A stretch of DNA of 64,000 bases from Macrostomum lignano (Eukaryota): positions 1 to 64,000 of the forward strand of contig NIVC01000697.1 in the NCBI GenBank assembly GCA_002269645.1, read 5' to 3'. The notes under the pieces are model-generated. The model saw nothing but the letters and a program-made list of their open reading frames with translations, was not told the origin of the DNA and ran no database searches. This document shows, one piece after another, positions 46,839-57,000 of this stretch (the first letter of the stretch is position 1; each line of letters begins with the position of its first letter). A program made the translations under genes and the position numbers.

Positions 46839-49800
46839 GTGAGTCAAGGCCTGATACAGCTGCTGCATCCCGCCTTCATCTGTCTGAGCTGCTGCATCCC
46901 GCCTTCATCTGTCTGAGCTGCTGCATCCCGCCTTCATCTGTCTGAGCTGCTGCATCCCGCCTTCATCTGTCTGAGCTGCTGCATCCCGCCTTCATCTGTC
47001 TGAGCTGCTGCATCCCGCCTTCATCTGTCTGAGCTGCTGCATCCCGCCTTTATCTGTCTGAGCTGCTGCATCCCGCCCTCATTTGCCCTGTCTACCCCTC
47101 ATCTCCCCCTGCCTGTCCCTCATTTCCCCCTGTTTGTCCCTCATCTCCCCCTGCCTGTCCCTCATCTCCCCCTGCCTGTCCCTCATCTCCCCCTGCCTGT
47201 CCCTCATCTCCCCCTGTTTGTCCCTCATCTCCCCCTGCCTGTCCCTCATCTCCCCCTGCCTGTCCCTCATCTCCCCCTGCCTGTCCCTCATCTCCCCCTG
47301 CCTGTCCCTCATCTCCCCCTGTCTGTCCCTCATCTCCCCCTGCCTGTCCCTCATCTCCCCCTGCCTGTCCCTCATCTCCCCCTGCCTGTCCCTCATCCCC
47401 CCTGCCTGTCCCTCATCTCCCACTGCCTGTCCCTCATCTCCCACTGCCTGTCCCTCATCTCCCACTGCCTGTCCCTCATCTCCCACTGCCTGTCCCTCAT
47501 CTCCCCCTGCCTGTCCCTCATCCCCCCTGCCTGTCCCTCATCTCCCACTGCCTGTCCCTCATCTCCCCCTGCCTGTCCCTCATCTCCCACTGCCTGTCCC
47601 TCATCTCCCACTGCCTGTCCTTCATCTCCCACTGCCTGTCTCTCTACTCTCCACCAATTGCTTTACTTTTCCTTTTAGTCATCCTCTCCTCCCCTTTCTC
47701 AATCACAGCCTGGCTATTTTTACTGACTTTATCAAACAAATTCCTCTGGCTTCATTCTCTGGCTCCATTCTCACCTTTCCTACCTTTCCAACTCCTCAGC
47801 CAACTCAACCAAAGTCCGACTGTGGGAGCAAAGAGTTAGATCCCCACTGGCCTCAGAGCCCCGCCCCTGCCCGCCTTCTCAATCGGCGACCAACCCCACC
47901 AAACGAGATTGCTATCTGTAAGTCCGGCCGAGGCCCCTCGCCGTCTCAAAGATCTCAAATAAAAATCTATCTATTGTAAGAAGTCGGACCAGATAATATA
48001 GACAGACAGGCAGGCAGGACAGTCAAGATTAAAGCGAGTAGAAATTCAGAGTGATTTCATCGCATCGTGTCGTCTCTTTGGAACAGCCATCTCCCTTCGG
48101 GGGGAATCCCATTGTTTTGCCATCGCTGTCTACGACCACCTGTTGCGTGGCCGAATTTCCCAACTGACTTATAAATCAGATTACTCCAACTTTCAGGCCA
48201 CTCCGCCACAGTTCCCACTTGTTCCTGTTTCCCTCATGGTCAGGATAGTCATGTTTGTTTGTTTTAATTTTTAACGAAAATAACAACAACTCCAACTACT
48301 GCCCGCAGACTTGCCGCGCGACTCAGAGGGTGTCAGAGTTGGCGCCGGCCTCGGCAAAGGCAAGAAGATGCGCAAGCCGCGCACCATCTACTCCAGCCTC
48401 CAGCTGCAGCAGCTTAACAGGCGGTTCCAGCGCACCCAGTACCTGTCACTGCCTGAGCGGGCTGAGCTGGCAGCCAGCCTGGGGCTCACGCAGACTCAGG
48501 TGAGTGAATATTCAGTTGTGATTTGATGGGGAAATGGACTGAGATAGGGATAGACAGGGATAGGCAAGAATAGACATGGGATAGACATGGGATAGACAGG
48601 GATAGACAGGGATAGACAGGGATAGACAGGGATAGACAGGGATAGACAGGGATAGACAGGGATAGACAGGGATAGACAGGGATAGACAGGGATAGACAGG
48701 GATAGACAGGGATAGACAGGGATAGACAGGGATAGACAGGGATAGACAGGGATAGACAGGGATAGACAGGGATAGACAGGGATAGACAGGGATAGACAGG
48801 GATAGACAGGGATAGACAGGGATAGACAGGGATAGAAAGGGATAGACAGGGATAGACAGGGATAGACAGGGATAGAAAGGGATAGACACAACGTTAGCAA
48901 TGCTAGAGTAGCCTTTAAAAAGCGACATCCCCGCGAAGAGTGAAGAAGCAACAAAAAGGAAAAGAAAACTTCTCCCCTACCGATGCCAAAAACGCCCCGA
49001 GGACTCAAATAGAATTGTTTTGGATTGCGTGACGGCCCGCGAATGTCCTCTCAGCGTTCTGCGGGGCGGGCTCTTCCTCGCCACTCGTCAGCGCGCATGG
49101 TTGGTGGCGTGCGCGCCGTGACGCAACTGTTGCATCCTTGAAGTTGGGAGGAATGCATGGAGAGTTCTAGCCTATTCTCACTCTCTCCTGAGGGCGCCAT
49201 TGTGCCACTCTATTCTGCTTTATATCTCTAAAATGCTTTGAGCTATTGTCTTTATAGAGGCCTTTGACTTATCAATAATTTTTCCCTCTTAACTCAATAT
49301 TTCAGGTGAAGATTTGGTTTCAGAACAAGCGGTCCAAGTATAAGAAACTGCTGAAGCAGGGCCAGGACCCGCAGAACCTGGTTGACAGCATGAACGCCGA
49401 CGATGAGGAATTTTCTGATGACGTGAGTTCTTTGGGATTTTGATGAAGCAGAGTTTTAGTGGGTAGCAGAGCAGTCCTGAAGGATCGGGTGAGGGGTAGC
49501 GGAGCAGTCCTGAAGGATCGGGTGAGGGGTAGCGGAGCAGTCCTGAAGGATCGGGTGAGGGGTAGCGGAGCAGTCCTGAAGGATCGGGTGAGGGGTAGCG
49601 GAGCAGTCCTGGAGGATCGGGTGAGGGGTAGCGGAGCAGTCCTGAAGGATCGGGTGAGGGGTAACGGAGCAGTCCTGAAGGATCGGGTGAGGGGTAACGG
49701 AGCAGTCCTGGAGGATCGGGTGAGGGGTAGCGGATTGAATGGGGGGCAAGTGAATCGTCAGATTTTGGGATAGAAAAGAATTTCAGAATCCTTAATGAGA

Positions 49801-50468
49801 CAGCAGTCTTTTAGTTGAAAAAAAACGGATAAGAGGATTCAAACAAAGTTAAAAATTTTAATCTAGATAAAAAAACCGATTCTTTCCAGGAAATGATGAT
49901 GAAGAACGAAGCGAACAGTCCGATAAAGTCTGAAGCGATCATCCCGATGCACCAGCTTCCCCAGCATCCCCAGCTTCATCAGCATTTTCAACAGCGCCAG
50001 CAACAGCTTGACTCGGCTAACGAAGCCTGCGAAGCTGACTCCTTGGATTCGAACTCCCGACCTCCGCCTCCGCCGACAACTCACGGATCCTCCGAGGCTG
50101 AAGCCGACGCCGCTGGAAGCGGCGACTCGGGAGTTCCGGAAATTCAGAAGCCGCAGCCGCTGCCTCCGCCGCCACCGGCCCTGCTTGGTGAAGTTGGTGC
50201 ACCTGGAGGAGGCGCCAGTGGCCCCCTGATATCGCAGTTGCTCCCGCATCAGCACGCGCTCCAGCATCAGCACGCACTGCAGCAACATCATCAGCAGCAG
50301 CATTCTCAGCTGCATTCGTATAGCGGAGACTGGGAGCAATCGCATCATCTCCATGGCAACGCCTACCAGCTGCCGATGTCGCCTCATCCAGGCTACAGTT
50401 ACCACGGAAACCCGTACTGGTACAGCGGCGGCTATCAGCAGCAGGTGTACAACCATCAGGAGTGCTGA
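46544..50468 (+). CDS. Dlx: Distal-less/Dlx homeobox protein, copy A, 393 aa; join(46544-46838, 48309-48499, 49306-49422, 49890-50468)
   Basis: Homeodomain [44 protein letters not shown]|[14 protein letters not shown], with the Dlx-type intron between HD positions 44 and 45. All introns GT-AG, phases 1,0,0. Confidence 0.93.
46858..47640. repeat. Two adjacent minisatellites in Dlx-A intron 1: 29-bp GAGCTGCTGCATCCCGCCTTCATCTGTCT (46858-47077), then 21-bp CCCTCATCTCCCCCTGCCTGT (47079-47640)
   Basis: The same two units occur inverted at 58268-58830. Confidence 0.93.
48309..48499 (+). CDS. Dlx: Dlx-A exon 2 (homeodomain 1-44)
   Basis: CCCGCAG acceptor; GTGAGT donor. Confidence 0.95.
48545..48888. 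repeat. 10-bp tandem array (GATAGACAGG)
   Basis: Dlx-A intron 2. Confidence 0.95.
49306..49422 (+). CDS. Dlx: Dlx-A exon 3 (helix 3)
   Basis: TTTCAG acceptor; [19 protein letters not shown]; GTGAGT donor. Confidence 0.93.
49457..49733. repeat. Minisatellite, 33-bp unit (GGGGTAGCGGAGCAGTCCTGAAGGATCGGGTGA)
   Basis: Dlx-A intron 3. Confidence 0.93.
49890..50468 (+). CDS. Dlx: Dlx-A exon 4 (Pro/Gln/His-rich C-terminus)
   Basis: TCTTTCCAG acceptor in frame with ORF 49893-50468. Confidence 0.85.
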   Translation, partial: EMMMKNEANSPIKSEAIIPMHQLPQHPQLHQHFQQRQQQLDSANEACEADSLDSNSRPPPPPTTHGSSEAEADAAGSGDSGVPEIQKPQPLPPPPPALLGEVGAPGGGASGPLISQLLPHQHALQHQHALQQHHQQQHSQLHSYSGDWEQSHHLHGNAYQLPMSPHPGYSYHGNPYWYSGGYQQQVYNHQEC

Positions 50469-53056
50469 TCTGGACGCGCCTGAGACCGACATTCCCATTC
50501 GAGTATCTCTCAAGCCTACCGGCTTAACAACTATAAATTAGTCAATAGATTAAACTTAAGCTCGGTACAAAAATATACTTTTGTTACTAGGGCCGGTCGG
50601 TATAAATGCAGTTTGGTAGTTGCACAGCGTCCAATATATCCGTGCCCCCACTGCTCACTTGAATTGCTGCTTTTTCTCCCATTGTTTCGCTTTTGTCGGC
50701 CGTTTCAATAATATACATTTTTTCTCTGCTTTTTTCTTACACAAAATTTTCCTAATATAACTGTTGCTTGTTTGTCCGCGCTTCTGGTTTGTGCGTTGGT
50801 TTCCGCTAATATTCATTATGCTTTTAATACGCGCTCCGAAGCTCACCTTATAGCCCCCACCACCCCTACAGCACCTGTAGCAATATCTTTTGCATACTAT
50901 CTGCAATAACAGAATTTGAAATATAAAAATATGAAGAATTTATATGCAGGAATTGTGCAATCTAATATATGTTTATACAAGCTCTGTGTAGCTCAGTGCT
51001 AAAAAAACCCATATGTCTGTTCCGAACATTGAATTTAATTTTGAAAGATTTTCGCAACGTTGTTTGAGAATTGGAAATGTACTTCAAATGCCGCAGATGA
51101 TTGATAACAAAGACAACAGATACCGACTCAAATGGCCATTGCAGCGACACAAGAACAAGATGATATGTTACAAGATGAATGCCAGCTAAGACAAAGGCCA
51201 TAAATTTCAGAGGCATGTTGGTCTGGCGGTTGGCAGTCTGAATAGAAAATCCGAGTTCACGCTGTGCCCCCCCCCCCAGCCGAGCACAGGCCAGAGGCAG
51301 TTGTGTCGAGAAGCGCTGAAATTTGAGACGCCGGGCACAAACGCCGCTCCGTCATGAGCAGGAGGCCGCGGCTTGGTGCCACCCGCCACAGAACTTGCCA
51401 TGAGTTCCAAACGAATTCGAGACACAGAGAGACAGTGGAGGGTAGGGGAGGGCGGGCGGACCTCCCCCTGCTCCCCCCTGTAATTAGCGGGTACCTTCGC
51501 CCAAGCAAAGGGGGGGGGTTGCCTCCTGCCAACCCTCCCCCCTTCCCTCGGGATGGGCTCGGGGCTCAAGGTAAAAAAAAATCGCCGGGGACTCATCGCT
51601 TATGGTTTGAAAGCAACTTTTGGCCAAGCAGAACCGGCCTGCCCTGTCCTGCTCAGTCACCGAGGACCAGAATGCACAGACGGGCGCTCTGGCTGGTGTG
51701 CGGGCCTTGGTGTGTGGTGTGCGATGGTCGAGCCTTTGAATTGTGGAGGTGGGCGGATCCACCCTGGGGAAGAGGGAATAAGACTCTGGAGGCAACGAAT
51801 CCTTCCTACGGGCCTTGGAGATTAGGCCCCGCCTAGCCCTGTCCTCAGTCTCTTTCTCCAAAGCTAATTCTCCATCATCATTTTGTTGCTATGCTAAATG
51901 AACGAAAATCGCTATTATTGCATTGTGTTGTGCCTGACTGCTAGGCCAGTGCCAGGACAAGCTTTGAAAGTTTGTTTTAAACAGGTTAGTTTAATGCAAA
52001 AGCGTGTGATCGAGTCAGATTAAATCGAATAATATGGCTTGTTGGTGAAAGAGACACGCGCTGGTCAGGCCATGGAGGAGAATGGATCGCTGATTCGATG
52101 CACTCGTTGGGGGGGGGGGCTCGCTCATGCAACTCTGGGGATATGGGGGGGGCACACGACCCCTCAGGTGAGTCCTCGAGTTGAGTAGGCTGGATTCAAG
52201 CCTCAGGTGCGCATGGGGCCGTCCCCCCATCAGCCCTCAATCAGTAACGCGCAGCCTTAGCCAGAGCGGAGCGGCAGCAAAAGCAGCATAACAGCAGGGT
52301 TGCTTTCAACATTTGAGCGCCTTTGTTCCCTCGCCTCTCGCACAAAGGCTTGCAGCAACAAAAAGCAGACAGAAGAGCGACAGTTTTTGCTCAAAAAGCC
52401 TATTTTTTGCCTTTCTCTCCCTCTTCGAGCTGCTCAAACAATCGCTCTGAGGACTTGCTGATCGGGGAGCAGCTTAAGAGGGCCAATTAGCGATGAAAGT
52501 CAAAGGCCGCTCGGGAGGGGGGGGGGGCTAAGCAGGTAAAACAAGCAGGCAAATATTTCACCGTTTCTCTTGGGAAATGCAACAGTGGAATTCCTTTACC
52601 GATTCTACATAACCGGTGTACTCAATAATAAAATTGCGCTAATATTATGAAATTTTCATCACTGAAAACTTGAAAAATGAAAAACACACTGGCGCCTGAG
52701 TGACTCAGAGAGACAGGAGCTGCCCCGAAGCTGAAAGTGGAGGAAGAGTGGAAGGCGGAAGCAGAGAGCAGGATCTATCAGCCTCCCATTCGAACGAATT
52801 CACTTCCGGTGCGTGCGGAAGCGGCTTCAGCTCGAAATTTCGAATTTTGTTTGTCCAGTTACAAAAAAAACCCAGCCTCCGCTGCTTCATCCTCAACTGA
52901 GCAGCGAAAAAAATGGTTAATTTCTGCCTTCCGTGCGGAGGCGGCTGCCGCTGGAGTTTCGGGGGTTTTCCTTTATATATTTTTTATATATTTTAACTGC
53001 CCTGTGCTTAACTCGTTTTTATAAGCTATCAGATAGTATAAATTGATCGCCACAAA

Positions 53057-53487
53057 CCCTAATCCTAGCCCTAATCCTGATCCTGATCCTGATCCTAATC
53101 CTAATCCCAGTCCTAATCCTAATCTAGATCCTAATCCTAATCCTAACCTTATAATCTTAATCTTAATCCTAATCCTAATTCTAATCCTAATCCTAATCCT
53201 ATTCCTAGTCCTAGTCCTAATCCTAATCCTATTCCTAATCTTGATCCTAATCTAATCCCTAATCCTAATCTTATCCCTAATCCTAATCCTATCCCTAATC
53301 CTACTTTAACCGTGATCCTAATCATAATCCTAATCCTAACCCTGATCCTAATCCTAAGCCTAATGCTAATCCTAATCATAATCCCAATCCTAACCTTGAT
53401 CCTAATCCTAATCCTAATGCTAATCCTAATCATAATCCTAATCCTAACCCTGATCCTAACCATAACCTCGGTCCTAACCTTAATTCT
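53057..53487. repeat. Degenerate (CCTAAT)n hexamer array, telomere-repeat-like
   Basis: Mostly TCCTAA with scattered CCCTAA; lies in the Dlx intergenic spacer. Confidence 0.88.
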
Positions 53488-53810
53488 AAGAAAAACACAA
53501 AACCCTAACCGACAATGCTTTTCTGCTCTCTTTTTTCTTCCGTTTGGCCAATCAATCAGAGATCAAACGCCTCATTGAAATTTTAAAACCTCTTAATTGC
53601 TTACTCTTAGTAGAATAATTCGACTAAAAGGATTAGAAATAAATTAGTCAATCGAACTCATTTCAAATGCAAACAATGCATGAATTAGCGCGAAGAAATT
53701 CCTGGCAATCCAGCCACAGTCGATCATCGTTCATTATAGACATCGTTTCAAAAGCTCTGAGGCGTTACAACAAGTCAAGCCAACGTAGCTAGAAAACTAG
53801 ATTTGCTAAA

Positions 53811-54044
53811 CTAGTTGGTTTGAGACGGGTACTCAAACCAGTCATAGAAGGCTTGGGAACCGTTGCTCGGCTGCTGGCTCTTCTGGTGCCACGGTCGTGC
53901 ATCGAAACCCTTTGACTGCATTGTGCCGTAGGCTGAAGCTTCTTGGTGGCACCATCGGTTGAGCTGATGGCTGCTGGCGGCTGATGGAGCGGAGGCTGAT
54001 GCTGATGCTGCTCCCAGATTTTCCGCCAGTTGCTGATGTACTGG
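53811..54044 (-). CDS. Dlx: Dlx-B probable exon 4 ([23 protein letters not shown])
   Basis: 77-codon phase-0 frame after CATTTAG. An upstream CAG acceptor (exon starting at 54071) would give PPNTEVNI*. Confidence 0.6.
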   Translation of the reverse strand, partial: PVHQQLAENLGAASASASAPSAASSHQLNRWCHQEASAYGTMQSKGFDARPWHQKSQQPSNGSQAFYDWFEYPSQTN

Positions 54045-57000
54045 CTAAATGTTGACTTCCGTGTTTGGAGGCTGCGGGCGGACAGCGGGTTGAATGAAAA
54101 TTCCATGTGCTACTTTCACTTTGCCATGCATCAATAGTGTGTGATGTGCGATTTTCACTTTGCCATGCATCAATAGTGTGTGATGTGCGATTTTCACTTT
54201 GCCATGTATCAATAGTGTGTGATGTGCGATTTTCACTTTGCCATGTATCAGTAGTGTGTGATGTGCGATTTTCACTTTGCCATTTATCAATAGTGTGTGA
54301 TGTGCGATTTTCACTTTGCCATGCATCAGTAATGTGTGATGTGCGATTTTCACTTTGCCATGTATCAATAGTGTGTGATGTGCGATTTTCACTTTGCCAT
54401 GTATCAGTAGTGTGTGATGTGCGATTTTCACTTTGCCATTTATCAATAGTGTGTGATGTGCGATTTTCACTTTGCCATGCATCAGTAATGTGTGATGTGC
54501 GATTTTCACTTTGCCATGTATCAATAGTGTGTGATGTGCGATTTTCACTTTGCCATGTATCAGTAGTGTGTGATGTGCGATTTTCACTTTGCCATTTATC
54601 AATAGTGTGTGATGTGCGATTTTCACTTTGCCATGCATCAATAGTGTGTGATGTGCGATTTTCACTTTGCCATGCATCAATAGTGTGTGATGTGCGATTT
54701 TCACTTTGCCATGTATCAATAGTGTGTGATGTGCGATTTTCACTTTGCCATGTATCAGTAGTGTGTGATGTGCGATTTTCACTTTGCCATGCATCAATAG
54801 TGTGTGATGTGCGATTTTCACTTTGCCATGCATCAATAGTGTGTGATGTGCGATTTTCACTTTGCCATGTATCAATAGTGTGTGATGTGCGATTTTCACT
54901 TTGCCATTTATCAATAGTGTGTGATGTGCGATTTTCACTTTGCCATGTATCAGTAGTGTGTGATGTGCGATTTTCACTTTGCCATGTATCAGTAGTGTGT
55001 GATATGCGATTTTCACTTTGCCATGTATCAATAGTGTGTGATGTGCGATTTTCACTTTGCCATTTATCAATAGTGTGCGATGTGCTACTTTCACTTTGCC
55101 ATTTATCAATAGTGTGTGATGTGCGATTTTCACTTTGCCATTTATCAATAGTGTGCGATGTGCTACTTTCACTTTGCCATTTATCAATAGTGTGCGATGT
55201 GCTACTTTCACTTTGCCATTTATCAATAGTGTGCGATGTGCTACTTTCACTTTGCCATGCATCAGTAATGTGTGATGTGCGATTTTCACTTTGCCATGTA
55301 TCAATAGTGTGTGATGTGCGATCTGTCGTGTAAAGTCCAGCTCAGAATCCTTCTCAAGCCTCACCTGCTCGAACTCTGCGTCGCCTTCACCACCCAGACT
55401 CATCGAGTTGATCAGCAGATGAGGATCGTTGCCCAGCTTCACCAGCTTCTTGAATTTCGATCTTCGGTTTTGGAACCAAATTTTCACCTGATGGTTGCAG
55501 CGACTGCCATTCTTGCCATTATCTGCCATTATTCAGCTACATACTGAACAATCTGCCATTATTCAGCTACATAATGAACAATCTGCCATTATTCAGCTAC
55601 ATACTGAACAATCTGCCATTATTCAGCTACATACTGAACAATCTGCCATTATTCAACTCAGCTACATACTGAACAATCTGCCATTATTCAGCTACATACT
55701 GAACAATCTGCCATTATTCAACTCAGCTACATACTGAACAATCTGCCATTATTCAGCTACATACTGAACAATCTGCCATTATTCAACTCAGCTACATACT
55801 GAACAATCTGCCATTATTCAACTCAGCTACATACTGAACAATCTGCCATTATTCAACTCAGCTACATACTGAACAATCTGCCATTATTCACATCAGCTAC
55901 ACACTGAACAATCTGCCATTATTCAACTCAGCTACATACTGAACAATCTGCTATTATTCAACTCAGCTACACACTGAATAATCTGCCATTATTCAACTCA
56001 GCTACACACTGAACAATCTGCCATTATTCACATCAGCTACACACTGAACAATCTGCCATTATTCAACTCAGCTACATACTGAACAATCTGCCATTATTCA
56101 ACTCAGATACATACTGAACAATCTGCTATTATTCAACTCAGCTACACACTGAACAATCTGCCATTATTCAACTCAGCTACATACTGAACAATCTGCCATT
56201 ATTCAACTCAGCTACATACTGAACAATCTGCCATTATTCAACTCAGATACATACTGAACAATCTGCCATTATTCAACTCAGCTACACACTGAACAATCTG
56301 CCATTATTCAACTCAGCTACACACTGAACAATCTGCCATTATTCAACTCAGCTACATACTGAACAATCTGCCATTATTCAACTCAGCTACATACTGAACA
56401 ATCTGCCATTATTCAACTCAGATACATACTGAACAATCTGCCATTATTCAACTCAGCTACACACTGAACAATCTGCCATTATTCAACTCAGCTACACACT
56501 GAACAATCTGCCATTATTCAACTCAGCTACACACTGAACAATCTGCCATTATTCAGCTCAGCTACATACTGAACAATCTGCCATTATTCAGCTCAGCTAC
56601 ATACTGAACAATCTGCCATTATTCAACTCAGCTACATACTGAACAATCTGCCATTATTCAGCTCAGCTACATACTGAACAATCTGCCATTATTCAGCTCA
56701 GCTACATACTGAACAATCTGCCATTATTCAGCTCAGCTACATACTGAACAATCTGCCATTATTCAGCTCAGCTACATACTGAACAATCTGCTATTATTCG
56801 ATAGAAGTTTGCAACTTCCCGAGCCTGTTGCTTCTCCAGTTCGATTGCAAATTTCAAGGTTCGAACAATTTGGACAAGCAACTGATCAAACCTCCAGAAG
56901 CTGTCGCAGGGCAGAGGGTTTCGAAGCCGTTGAATAGAAAAAAGGTGGCCAGGAACTTCAAACAAAAACTGACTCACAAAAAGTCACCGCCTGCAGGCAG

